IMG/VR virus record: IMGVR_UViG_3300005838_000009
Span: 3,818 to 67,817 of that record
Direction: 5' to 3' (one strand)
DNA from: a virus
DNA length: 64,000 nt
Each line of letters starts with the position of its first letter. Position 1 is the first letter of the stretch. Position numbers and translations under genes: made by a program. The notes beneath the pieces are model-generated. The model saw nothing but the letters and a program-made list of their open reading frames with translations. It did not search any database and was not told where the DNA came from. Below are positions 49,336-59,811 of this stretch, piece after piece.

Positions 49336-49692
49336 ATGGAGTACAAATTGCGTTTTAGCGACGAAGACGATTTTTCAAAGTCTTTTGAAAAAGCATATAA
49401 CGACCATAACACAACAGGTGGGTTGCCTGATGAATTAGTAGATGAATATCATGATAACGTCAACCCAGATAAAAAACAACCAAAACTAAAGATACTTGGT
49501 AATAGTGATAGAGAGTATTTATCATTTATCATTGGTGGTCTATCCACACAAACAGATATGTCGGATAGTAGAAAGTCGAGGGCAATGCATAGTGTAGCCA
49601 ACAGACTAGGGATTAGTCATGATGAGGCAAAACAACTATTGAAAACCTTGATGGCTAATAATAACATACACTTAGGTGAATACGAAAAATGA
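49336..49692 (+). CDS. Hypothetical protein, possible C-terminal HTH
   Basis: SVANRLGISHDEAKQLL. Confidence 0.5.
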   Translation: MEYKLRFSDEDDFSKSFEKAYNDHNTTGGLPDELVDEYHDNVNPDKKQPKLKILGNSDREYLSFIIGGLSTQTDMSDSRKSRAMHSVANRLGISHDEAKQLLKTLMANNNIHLGEYEK

Positions 49693-50096
49693 CCATTCTT
49701 GTATGCCCAAAGAATAAGAAACATACCCTCAAAACAACCGATAACGACGACAGATTTGAGGAACTAACTTGTGTTTCTTGTGGTTCTAAGGTGTACAAAC
49801 CTAAAGTGTGTTCACAAAAGGTCATCACTCCAACGCAGAGTGGTATAGAATTGATGCCTGAAAGTTATGAGATTGCACAAACATGGCAACCTGATGTACT
49901 TGATGAAGATGAATCATTCAGTTTATACTGCAATGAAGCACAACAAAGATACTAGAGATCGGAAACTCTACACAAAGATTCGTAACAACATTCACACTCG
50001 AGTGTGTCATTCTAATGGTATGCCAAGACGTAAGAGCCTCCAATACTAGTAGAGAGGGGATAGTGGCGAATTATCTTATGTCTACCTATTACAATC

Positions 50097-50312
50097 ATGA
50101 AACAAAACACAATATGGGGATTGTTACTAATAGTCTTCATAGTATTGAATTGTTACAGCCTAGCACATAACTTACCAGCAGTTATTGGTGGGTATGCTGA
50201 CAATTTCACCTATGGATTAATAGTAATTGAGGTTATTGTCGTTGTGGCTCTGACATATATGTTGTTCAAGTATTATGTGCCTGAGTGGACAAAGCCTAAA
50301 TACACGGGTTAG
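50097..50312 (+). CDS. Small two-TM membrane protein
   Basis: Two hydrophobic helices. Confidence 0.5.
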   Translation: MKQNTIWGLLLIVFIVLNCYSLAHNLPAVIGGYADNFTYGLIVIEVIVVVALTYMLFKYYVPEWTKPKYTG

Positions 50313-51732
50313 TGAAAGAACGTAGATACGTCATCACGCCCAAATTTTTTAATAATGGAAATAATAGTTAGTTGTTCAAAGTGTTGGGAATATGTAACCC
50401 TACATTGTACAGATAAAGTTGGAACAGAATTTAAAGGCGAATGTGAACATTGTAGGGTTACGTTAGACGCTATATTTAACCCTTAGAATTATGAATATAT
50501 CAAAAGAAGAAAAGAATCTCATATCTATGATGAGTAAATGGCATGATGAGGGTAAATATACCACATGGGCTATTATGAAACTCACTACTATGGGTTTTAG
50601 TAAAGAAACCATTGATAGTCTTGCTGGTAAAGCAGTATGGGCTATGGAAAATGGTAAAATGTCTATTAAGACAGGAGAGTGGCTTGAAAGTTAAATCACA
50701 TAAATATGTAGAGATTACAGCAAATGAACTACTAGAGAAGTTTAATCTTAAGGGTATTCCTAGTGGTTTTACTATGACTACTAAAGATGATAAGACTATA
50801 ATTAGGTTTGATTTACATGAATGAATTAGATGAATTAGTGAATAGTGGTAGTTGTTTCCCATGTGAGCAAGGTGTACATAATTGCACTGAGAAATGTGCT
50901 TGTGTGAGGTGTAAGCGTACAGTTGATAAATGGGAAACAAGCAAAGATTAAATGGCGTGATTTCTTTGGTCAATACCATGAAGAAGGTGCTAATGATTGT
51001 ATAATATGTGGATTCCCCTGTTATCAAAGATGGGACAAGAGATATAATGGGTATAGAGGGTTCTGTACTCAATGTGATAGTGATTGGGCTGAGAGTTAAA
51101 ATATGAACGTAATTGAAGAAATGTTAGAAAGGCTTAAAACTGCTGAATTTCATTGTGCAAAATGCAATAAAAGCATGAAGGATATTAGTACGGGTAACGG
51201 TAAATGTCCTGATTGTGGATTTAGTACGGGTATGAGTGCTTCTATGGAAGTTGATATTGTATTTAAAGGAATAGATGTTCCCCCTGAAATAATGAGGGAT
51301 ATGAAAACATTACTAATAAGGAATTTGCGTAATGGCTAATAGAATAGATAAAGAAACAGGTATTAAACTACCTAAAGGCGATAGCAAACGAGAATGGCGT
51401 AGATGGAAGAACGCAGGATCTAGTAGAGAACGTAATAACGAGAGATACCTACAAAGAGTTAAAATCTTCGCAAAGAAGTTTGGACTATCAACGGAAGAAG
51501 CAGATGAGTTCAGTTTTACAGGCTGACTCTATTTTTGATTAATGAAAGTAGGACAAAGAATAAGGATATGTAAATCAGATGAAGGACAATTACAACATTT
51601 TCCTGTTGGTGAGAGAGGTACTTTGGTTAGATTTGAAATAAATAATGATAAGCATATTATTATGAAAATTAAATTCGACAATGGTGAAACATATATTATG
51701 GACAGTACTCATTTTAGATTTGAGGTATATAG

Positions 51733-52254
51733 ATGAAGACATTACATACAGAAGCATACTATACATATAGAAGTGATGTTATTAACCAGACTATTGAAGA
51801 TGGTTGGTCAACAGAAAAATATAGACTAACTGCTGGTACATATGGTACACCGAAAATAGTTACTACATATAGACCTCAAGGTTGGGATAAAAAAACACAA
51901 ATAAAGGTTAAATTTAGTACATTCTTTAACCATGACGGTAAAAATTATGCTTATTTACCTAGAATAGAAGTATTAGTAAGACAAGTTGATGATAAGATGA
52001 GATTAATAGCAGAAACCCCTATATTTAGAACAAATGTTAGAGGTATTATTAGAAGTTGTCCTTTCTGTAATAATGAAAGTATAGTTAAACTTAACGATAA
52101 ATGGATATGTTCATGTGGATTTAATTATTCAGAAGATTCATGTAGAGCATTGTCAAAGACACCTATTCGTAGAGGTGTAATTAATCCTAATGCGTTTCAA
52201 GTATTAATGAATGGTGGACAATCATTCATATTAGGAAATAAATATGTATTATGA
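51733..52254 (+). CDS. Zinc-ribbon-containing protein
   Basis: CPFC...CSCG. Confidence 0.55.
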   Translation: MKTLHTEAYYTYRSDVINQTIEDGWSTEKYRLTAGTYGTPKIVTTYRPQGWDKKTQIKVKFSTFFNHDGKNYAYLPRIEVLVRQVDDKMRLIAETPIFRTNVRGIIRSCPFCNNESIVKLNDKWICSCGFNYSEDSCRALSKTPIRRGVINPNAFQVLMNGGQSFILGNKYVL

Positions 52255-52484
52255 AAAATTATGATGAACAAATTAGTTCTAGACAAAGGGTTGACGTTCA
52301 GGGTTGACAAACAATGCAATATTACCATGCGTAATATGCAGAAGTTGATTAAACTTAGATACCGTCAAGCAATGTACGCATTTAGAGAGATGTTTTCACA
52401 GGCAACCTTAGAGGGTTGTGTATGTGCTTCTAAATGTGTTACAAAAGAGGATAAAGCATTAGCAAAGGAAATGAGTTACTTAAT

Positions 52485-53408
52485 ATGAAGACTGTAACAA
52501 AGAAAGTATTGGAAGGTAAAGTAGAGAATTTAGATGAGCAAATTCCAACCATACCAATCAAATATGACTTGTATGCACCAAAGAGATTTGGTAAATATAT
52601 AGCAATGGGTAATGAGTTAGACCTATTGAAATGTGTCATGAAAGCAGGATTGCCGTTCTTAATGGAAGGAGAGAAAGGTATTGGAAAGACAATGGCAGTT
52701 GTTGAAGCCTGTGCAGATGACGATACACCTTTGGTATCATTCAGTTGTTCGACGGGAACAACAATGGGTGATATTATTGGCAGAGAGCACCTACATAATG
52801 GTAATTCCGTGTTTAAACTAGGTGTATTACCAACTGCTATTAAAGTGGCAAACCACTTTGGTAAAGCAGTTCTCTATCTGGATGAGTTGAACGCACTTGA
52901 TCCAGAAATACAGAAGATGTTAAATCCTGTCATAGACGACAGAAGAAGTTTGATAGTTAATAACGAACTATTCGAACTTGATGAGGGTGTCGAGTTCACT
53001 ATCATTGCTACGCAGAATCCAAGTTACTACGCTGGGGTAAACCCATTGAACGAGGACTTGCGATCTAGATTCGTTGGTAAGGTAATTGAATACCCAACAA
53101 CCAAACAGATTTCATCTGTAATTGATTGGACAGACATACCTAAAAGAGAAGTACAAGCACCATTGTTAGCATTAGCAGTTGACACACTATCAATGAAGAA
53201 GGATGACAAAGTTGATTATGTCATATCCGTAAGAGATATTGCTCTCTTTACAAAGTGTTATAGAGCCTTCTTGAAAAACAAGGCTTTGAAATCCAATGCA
53301 TTAGAGTATGCGATTGAATCTGCTATCTTAATCAAATATGCAGACCCTGAGGAAAGAGAAGTAATTAGAGCTAGGGCTCAAGATACGTTTGGAGTGAACG
53401 TATATTAA
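52485..53408 (+). CDS. MoxR-family AAA+ ATPase (CbbQ/NorQ/CobS-like)
   Basis: Walker A GEKGIGKT, Walker B LYLDELN, ATQNP, LNEDLRSRF. Confidence 0.9.
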   Translation: MKTVTKKVLEGKVENLDEQIPTIPIKYDLYAPKRFGKYIAMGNELDLLKCVMKAGLPFLMEGEKGIGKTMAVVEACADDDTPLVSFSCSTGTTMGDIIGREHLHNGNSVFKLGVLPTAIKVANHFGKAVLYLDELNALDPEIQKMLNPVIDDRRSLIVNNELFELDEGVEFTIIATQNPSYYAGVNPLNEDLRSRFVGKVIEYPTTKQISSVIDWTDIPKREVQAPLLALAVDTLSMKKDDKVDYVISVRDIALFTKCYRAFLKNKALKSNALEYAIESAILIKYADPEEREVIRARAQDTFGVNVY

Positions 53409-53422
53409 GAGGAGGGATCATA

Positions 53423-55297
53423 ATGGAAAAGGATGAAATAGCAGAACAAGACAACCAGTTATTTGGCGACGAAGAACTACACGACGTAATACCTGACGAG
53501 AATCAACTAGAAGCAGTAGATTACTCACAAAACCCTGAAAAGATAGGCTCTGTCAACTGGTTTAATGGCAGACCTGTTATTTCATTCCAATCCCTTTGTG
53601 ATAAAACCAAATCAATCTTCACTCAGGTTAAAGGAATACCAATAACTGTAAGGGAAGCAGAAGATGAGAATTATATCTACAAATCTGGTGAAGAATTTGT
53701 AATTAACATAGCAAAGAAACCTATTGCTGGTATTACTAAATATACGGCATTTAACCACGAATTAGGACATTACGCATTTGATTCGTTCAATGCTCAGTTC
53801 CCAGAATATATAGATGATCAACTAAAGATGATCCCACAAGAACACCATGATAAAGCACTTGAATTGTATAGAAGTGTATTCAATGTTATAGAGGATCAAA
53901 GGGTAGAATCATTAATGGGTGATGTATATCTAGGAATAGGTAAGAGATTTAGACAGATGAGAAAACGTCTTGGTTCACTAAAATCTAAGACACATAAAAC
54001 ACCAAACCCACTAGACGCATTACATTGTGCAAGAGAATATCGTGGTGATTCGATAAAAAAGGACTTTAAAATGGCAGATAATATCATGGAAGATATTGAA
54101 TTGAAAGATGGTGAGGCTTCTATATTACTAGCAAAAGAATACATTGACAAAGTATTAAACCCATGGATTATCGCACAACTACAAAATTGTAAGAATCCAT
54201 TTCCTGAAAGCAAAGCAAAGCCTAAAAATGGTGACTTTAAGATTGATCCTAATGGTGATATAACTTGTAGTGTTAAACTAGACGGTGCATTTAAACAGGC
54301 TTTCAATGACAATAGGAGTTCTGATCATAGAGAGATTGATAACGAATTAACTGACGAACAACGAAAACAAATACAAGACGCACTTGATAAACAGAAAGCA
54401 GGTGGGTTAGAAGAAGCATTAAAACAATCTGAAGAATCAGCAGAAGATAAAGTAGATGAAATTAAAGATAAAATTGAGGAGAACGCAAGAAAACAAAAAC
54501 GTTCATATATGCCTGATGTTAAAGGAATAGAATATGTGAACAGAACACCTCAAGGTTGGAATAATACACCAATTCCTAACACCAGAATATCGAGAAGCAT
54601 TAACAAGATACTCAAACTATTACAATCTAGGAACAAACCAAAGATTAAAGATACAGGTGAAGAATTATCTGTTCCTGCTGTTATTCAAAGAATGGCTAGA
54701 GGATATGGTGATGTGATGATTAAAAGAGTGCCTCGACAGAAACTTGCTATTCTAGTATCAATAGACGCTTCAGGTTCTATGGATGGTGATCCTATTGCTA
54801 ACGCAAGGGATATGATGGCTACTCTATACAAGTCGATTGTTGGAATAGATGATATTCAGTTGAAAGCAGTTATATGGGCAGGTGGTGTAAGAGATTGTAT
54901 GGTATCTGAGGTTAATAGTCTTAAAGACTGTAAGACAATCCATTGTAACGAACACTCAGGAGGCACACCTACTAGTTATGCAGTAGAGTATTGTGAGAGG
55001 GTTATTGAATCCATGAAAGCCAAGAAGAAACTTATGATAGTTATTACTGATGGTTATCCTAATAGTGCTTATGATGGAACTCTTGACGCTATGCAGTTGG
55101 TTAGAAAGGAAATTAATAGAGCCCGTAAGAAAGGTATTGGAACTCTCGGTCTAATGGTCGGGGGAAGTCGAGATACATATATGGATCAGATGTTCGGTAA
55201 AGATGGATATGTTGTTGTTGACAGTATGGAACAAGCCTCTACATCTGTTATCAAGAAGTTCAAACAGGTTGTGTTAGCACAGGCAGGTGCACGATAG
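53423..55297 (+). CDS. vWA-domain protein (CobT/NorD-like partner) with N-terminal HExxH
   Basis: NHELGH, NVIEDQRVE, MIDAS DASGSM, GGTPT, VITDGYP. Confidence 0.88.
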   Translation: MEKDEIAEQDNQLFGDEELHDVIPDENQLEAVDYSQNPEKIGSVNWFNGRPVISFQSLCDKTKSIFTQVKGIPITVREAEDENYIYKSGEEFVINIAKKPIAGITKYTAFNHELGHYAFDSFNAQFPEYIDDQLKMIPQEHHDKALELYRSVFNVIEDQRVESLMGDVYLGIGKRFRQMRKRLGSLKSKTHKTPNPLDALHCAREYRGDSIKKDFKMADNIMEDIELKDGEASILLAKEYIDKVLNPWIIAQLQNCKNPFPESKAKPKNGDFKIDPNGDITCSVKLDGAFKQAFNDNRSSDHREIDNELTDEQRKQIQDALDKQKAGGLEEALKQSEESAEDKVDEIKDKIEENARKQKRSYMPDVKGIEYVNRTPQGWNNTPIPNTRISRSINKILKLLQSRNKPKIKDTGEELSVPAVIQRMARGYGDVMIKRVPRQKLAILVSIDASGSMDGDPIANARDMMATLYKSIVGIDDIQLKAVIWAGGVRDCMVSEVNSLKDCKTIHCNEHSGGTPTSYAVEYCERVIESMKAKKKLMIVITDGYPNSAYDGTLDAMQLVRKEINRARKKGIGTLGLMVGGSRDTYMDQMFGKDGYVVVDSMEQASTSVIKKFKQVVLAQAGAR

Positions 55298-55486
55298 TGG
55301 TTACAATGAACAAATATCAATACGGAACAAGAAAAAAGATCATAAAAGACATTCTCAGATTAGAGATAGAGGTGAGATTTATTCCTTTACATAGAGAGGG
55401 TGAAACAAAACTAAATACATGGAGTGATGAATATCTTGCTAGATATAGATGGCAATTACTTGAACTTAGAAGTAGGATAGGAGGTA

Positions 55487-55816
55487 ATGATATTGGGGGT
55501 TGAATGGGGTTTAGCAGAAGAAAGGAAACGTACATTATATCTTCCTTTAACCACACTATCTGATCATTATAGGAAAGAGGGTTATAAAGTAACAGGTATT
55601 AACTTAGTATGGAAGCATTGTGATAATTATGATAGAGATATTAGTGGTAGTAGACAACTTGCTGTGATTCAGAAAAAATACCCTAAAGCAACGCTTTCAA
55701 AAAGACCTGATGGTAGTTATCATTATGTTGATAAAGCAAAAACACCAGAAATTGAGATACAGTTAGAATTGATACCCAAAAATGAGAAAAAAGAGGAAGA
55801 AGAAAATGGCGATTGA
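55487..55816 (+). CDS. Hypothetical protein, tandem paralog 1 of 3
   Basis: LPLTTLSDHYRKEGY...QKKYP. Confidence 0.65.
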   Translation: MILGVEWGLAEERKRTLYLPLTTLSDHYRKEGYKVTGINLVWKHCDNYDRDISGSRQLAVIQKKYPKATLSKRPDGSYHYVDKAKTPEIEIQLELIPKNEKKEEEENGD

Positions 55817-56105
55817 ATTTGAAATTGCAGAAGAAGTAGAGAAAACACTATCAGTTCCTCTTAGTGCTATACAAGATCATTATAGACGTGAGGGTTATGA
55901 AGTGTTAAGTGTTAGTATGGGTTATGAGATTATTACTGGTGAAACTTCTAGGAATCCCCCTGAAGCATTTTATCAGAAATATCCACAAGCATATTGTCTT
56001 AGAATTATTGGTCACAAACAAGCAATATGGGAAAATCAATTAAAACCTACTGGATTAAATATTAGATTAAGACCAATTAAAAAGGAGAAGAAAGATGAGG
56101 ATTAA
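55806..56105 (+). CDS. Hypothetical protein, tandem paralog 2 of 3 (start revised to MAIEF)
   Basis: VPLSAIQDHYRREGY...YQKYP. Confidence 0.65.
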   Translation: MAIEFEIAEEVEKTLSVPLSAIQDHYRREGYEVLSVSMGYEIITGETSRNPPEAFYQKYPQAYCLRIIGHKQAIWENQLKPTGLNIRLRPIKKEKKDED

Positions 56106-56108
56106 ATC

Positions 56109-56417
56109 ATGGGTATAGAATGGTCAATGGGTGAAATTAATACACAACAAGTTAATGTTCCATTCACTACTATGTCAGACTATTATAGGTCAAAAGGATT
56201 TTCTATAACTAATGTAAGAGTTGGATATAAAAACTTAGGTATTCATGATTATAGAGAGGTTGAAGATACAGGTGAGGATACATTATTTCAAAAATATCCT
56301 AATGCACAAAGGTCAGAAAGGATTAATAATACTAATAAATATAGATATTATGATTCTGCAACAGTAGACCATTTAGTTGTTGATTTAAGGAGATTAGAAA
56401 CAAATGAAAAGGATTAG
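56109..56417 (+). CDS. Hypothetical protein, tandem paralog 3 of 3
   Basis: VPFTTMSDYYRSKGF...FQKYP. Confidence 0.65.
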   Translation: MGIEWSMGEINTQQVNVPFTTMSDYYRSKGFSITNVRVGYKNLGIHDYREVEDTGEDTLFQKYPNAQRSERINNTNKYRYYDSATVDHLVVDLRRLETNEKD

Positions 56418-56618
56418 ATGTAAAGGTACTTGGAGTGTTACAGGTAGGCATGATTGTAAAGAAGATTTCTCTTACATAGGTGAGTGGAATGATCAACCTC
56501 TAATAGAACATCAAGCCTTAGAGAAAGGTCGTGAAACTAAAAAGGAATGGTGGACAGGGTTTGAAACTGATCCAAAGTTTGATAATATCAAAGAGAAGAT
56601 AAAGGATATAAAGAAAAA

Positions 56619-56939
56619 TTGAGTAATTATAGTAACTTATACGGACATCATAGAGATACACCTAGAGGTGCATTTGGTAAACCTGCTTCGCAATGCAGGA
56701 TAGATTTGTCTAATGAGTTAAACGAATTAGGTGACGCATTACATACTATACTTCCACAAAATCTAAGTATATCAGTTAAAGGAACAATATCAATGGGTAA
56801 AGTGTTTAGGATTGATAAATGGTATTTAAAAGATAAACAAAAACAATTTGAAATTAATAGAGTATTATTTAAACTAGGCTATCATGTAGCCAAAGAAGAT
56901 AAAACGTTCATCTATGTAAAGAAAGGTGAAGGGTGTTAA
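56619..56939 (+). CDS. Hypothetical protein
   Basis: ORF track; overlapping start/stop. Confidence 0.5.
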   Translation: MSNYSNLYGHHRDTPRGAFGKPASQCRIDLSNELNELGDALHTILPQNLSISVKGTISMGKVFRIDKWYLKDKQKQFEINRVLFKLGYHVAKEDKTFIYVKKGEGC

Positions 56940-57211
56940 ATTTATGGCAAAACAAAAAGGTGAATGAGAAATGAGTAATACATATTATATGGCTTGTAGT
57001 GGTTGTGATTTCTTATTAGGTTCTACTGATGATTTTGTTAAATGTCCTCATTGTATTAAAAACGTGGGTGTTTATAATATAGGTGATGCAGAAGATTATT
57101 ACACAGAAGATGAAGAAGAATATAATAACGGTTTTCCTTATGGTGAAAAACATTCATGTAAAAGATGTAATTATGGTAAAAAAAACCTGAGTTGATAAAA
57201 GAATAATATTT

Positions 57212-57547
57212 ATGGCAAAAACAAAACAACGTAGAGGTTCAGTTGCTAAGAAATTAGCAAGTAAACCTCTCACCAAAAAGGTAGTTTCCCGTAGGGCTAC
57301 TACCAAGTCAAAAGTGAACAGGGTTAAAAGCCCAAAAGCAAAACGTGCTAATACGACCAAGAAAACTTCTGGTTACTCAAAGGGGATTCCAAACACCCTC
57401 TTGAAAGTAGCCTACAACGGTATTGGTAGCGAGTTTGTGTTCTCTGTGACAAACTTGAACGGCAAGGTAACTAGTCAGTTCCATATATCAGGCGACAACA
57501 TACTACAAAGTATGGGTATGCCTATTATGGTGCTTCCTAGCACCTAG
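57212..57547 (+). CDS. Highly basic protein (Lys/Arg-rich N-terminus), possible nucleic-acid condensing protein
   Basis: First ~58 aa are K/R/S/T-rich with no acidic residues; followed by an oligo-T tract. Confidence 0.6.
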   Translation: MAKTKQRRGSVAKKLASKPLTKKVVSRRATTKSKVNRVKSPKAKRANTTKKTSGYSKGIPNTLLKVAYNGIGSEFVFSVTNLNGKVTSQFHISGDNILQSMGMPIMVLPST

Positions 57548-57549
57548 TC

Positions 57550-57557
57550 TTTTTTTT
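57550..57557 (+). terminator. Archaeal oligo-T terminator
   Basis: T8 directly after the stop codon. Confidence 0.5.
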
Positions 57558-57657
57558 CTAAACGAGTTTAGCAGGTATCGAAACCAAACACATACCTGTA
57601 CTACCTACCTCTTGATGGTGAAAGAAACTCAAAGTGGGTGGTAGAATTTCAATTACA

Positions 57658-57915
57658 ATGTTCGAACGTATAAAAGACAAAATAAGCAATATGAAATCGC
57701 CTGAGTCTATTAAGAATGATATAGAATCAGACATAATAGAAATAGGTGATATCGGTGTTAGAAATGCTTTGGAAATGAATCGAGCACCAACAGAAATGGC
57801 TATCGACAGGTTAGACTCGATACGCCTTAAAGGCGAGGAGAAGAATATGACCTTTGCTTCTATCCTTGCCTCTAGACAGATAGATCGTATAATGGAGGCG
57901 AAATCCGAATGGTAG
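57658..57915 (+). CDS. Hypothetical protein (start revised to MFERIK)
   Basis: ATG at 57658 after a structured leader. Confidence 0.5.
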   Translation: MFERIKDKISNMKSPESIKNDIESDIIEIGDIGVRNALEMNRAPTEMAIDRLDSIRLKGEEKNMTFASILASRQIDRIMEAKSEW

Positions 57916-57945
57916 GACTTGGGGAAACCCTATCTTCCTTATCCG

Positions 57946-58224
57946 TTATACTTTCTTATCCTCTTTATCGTCAATATCTACGTATTCGTGAATCCATGCG
58001 AGTTTAAATATTAAGTCATGCTCTTGGTATTCGTCAATGTCTACCATTTTATAACGTGCTATACAGTAATGTATTAGTTCATGTGTTATAGTTGCATATA
58101 TATCTTCAATAGTTTCATGGTGTAATAGGTATATTATTACTCTTAATTTGTTGTTTTCTGTTGATAGAGTAACCCCCTTTTCCTTACTATCCCTATGGTC
58201 GTGGGTTTGAAAATCTATGTCCAT
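57946..58224 (-). CDS. Small zincin-like metallopeptidase
   Basis: TITHELIH (HExxH) plus downstream EH. Confidence 0.6.
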   Translation of the reverse strand: MDIDFQTHDHRDSKEKGVTLSTENNKLRVIIYLLHHETIEDIYATITHELIHYCIARYKMVDIDEYQEHDLIFKLAWIHEYVDIDDKEDKKV

Positions 58225-58257
58225 ATACCTTATATAGCAATTTGAGTTAAAAAGATT

Positions 58258-58527
58258 ATGAATCCATGGAGTGAATTCTGGGCGTGGTATGAAGATAAGA
58301 TATTAGGCTCAATAGTAATAATAGCGTTTATTCAGTTTATACAGATACCTCACATGGTATGGAACGCAGACCTTATGCTATCGGCTGGGATAATTTCCCA
58401 CGTACACCCTGTACTCGACTGGTTCTTGTATGGGGTGGATCTGATAGAAATTGTGTCTATAATAAATGTAGGTATGATTATGTATAGTTTGTTAAAGAAA
58501 AGAAATGAAAAAAATAAGACTACGTAA
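58258..58527 (+). CDS. Membrane protein
   Basis: Two hydrophobic segments. Confidence 0.55.
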   Translation: MNPWSEFWAWYEDKILGSIVIIAFIQFIQIPHMVWNADLMLSAGIISHVHPVLDWFLYGVDLIEIVSIINVGMIMYSLLKKRNEKNKTT

Positions 58528-58934
58528 AGGAGATAGAGTTGTATTTATCGGTAAGGAGTTTGGCATGATTGATAAGGGTACAAGAGGAAGATTAATTAAA
58601 AGACGTAATGATGGTAGATGGGTTGTCAAATGGGATGGTGTGACAAGACAAGCCCATGCGTATTTAATGTCAAAGTATGGTGAAATACCAACAGTAAGAA
58701 TGGATAGAAATATGTTAGATTTAACTAAAAGAAAATGATAGGCGAAAGACAACCCTGTAATAAATGTGGTCGTAAATACAAACGAAGACATAATGGGTGG
58801 TGTTCAGATTGTGTGTGGTTATTGATATGCAGGGATAAACAACACCAACGATATATTGAAAATCATAGATATAATTTAGAAATAAAACAAAGAGAACATG
58901 ATGAAATATATGGAACGTGTGGTGGTTTCATACC

Positions 58935-59597
58935 ATGAAAAACAAACCAAAACTAGAATATAAATTATCAAATAGGTCTTACCAAAAAACAGAACTTGGT
59001 GATGATAATACATATAATTCTGTACAAGTATGTAACACTTGTGGTTGTACTATTAATGCTGAAAGTGATGTGGGACATTGTACGCCTTGCTTAGATTTAT
59101 TTAAAAGAAATATCAAACTACACTGTAATTTCAAAAATAAAGAGAAGGAAACATGGACATGTAAAGATAAAAATGGTGAAGTAGTTGATGGAATAGTTGA
59201 TGGTAAGTATGATATAGAATATTGTAATTGTTGTGAATTAATGGAAGACCATTGTGAATGTGAATACTGTTCATGTTGTGAAGAATGTTATGAACATGAC
59301 GTATGTGAATGTGAGTTTTGTGGAGAATGTGGAGAATGTGAAGATGATTGTGAATGTGAACATTGTGATAGTTGTGGTACTAATCTTGAAGAACATGATT
59401 GTGAATGTATGGTTTGTGATAATTGTAATGAAATTCATAGTTATGATGATGATTGTGTTAATGGATGTGAATACTGTCATTATTGTGGGGAATGGAAAGA
59501 CAACGGTTGTGAGTGTATAGAATGCCATTATTGTGATGGAAATATAGAAGAAGAAGAAGAAGAATGTGTACGTTGTGCTGAGGTGACAGTACCTTAG
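58935..59597 (+). CDS. Cys/Glu/Asp-rich repeat protein (metallothionein-like C-terminal half)
   Basis: Repeated CEC-x-x-C-x-x-C units; start revised to MKNKP. Confidence 0.65.
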   Translation: MKNKPKLEYKLSNRSYQKTELGDDNTYNSVQVCNTCGCTINAESDVGHCTPCLDLFKRNIKLHCNFKNKEKETWTCKDKNGEVVDGIVDGKYDIEYCNCCELMEDHCECEYCSCCEECYEHDVCECEFCGECGECEDDCECEHCDSCGTNLEEHDCECMVCDNCNEIHSYDDDCVNGCEYCHYCGEWKDNGCECIECHYCDGNIEEEEEECVRCAEVTVP

Positions 59598-59811
59598 AAG
59601 AACCAAATTTCGCTGACAATAGAGAGTGTGGTTGTGATGATTGTCTTAAATTAATAAGTAATTATTATGGAACAAAATGTAGTGTATGTGGTATAGGAAA
59701 GAGAGGGTCAAAAAATCTTAAATGTATGCCATGTAGAGATTCAAGATGAATAATAATAAATGTAGTTCTTGTGGGTGTAAATTACCATAATGAAAGTAGA
59801 AAAAGTAATAC

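Noticed and set aside
45800-57040. Other CTGATGA occurrences (~45808, 46734, 47697, 48917, 49427, 57026)
   Set aside because: All lie inside coding sequence and lack a stem II followed by GAAA and a stem III.
59254-59606. Val/Asn-rich and Thr/Phe-rich alternative-frame ORFs
   Set aside because: Frame and antisense shadows of the repetitive Cys/Glu-rich gene.
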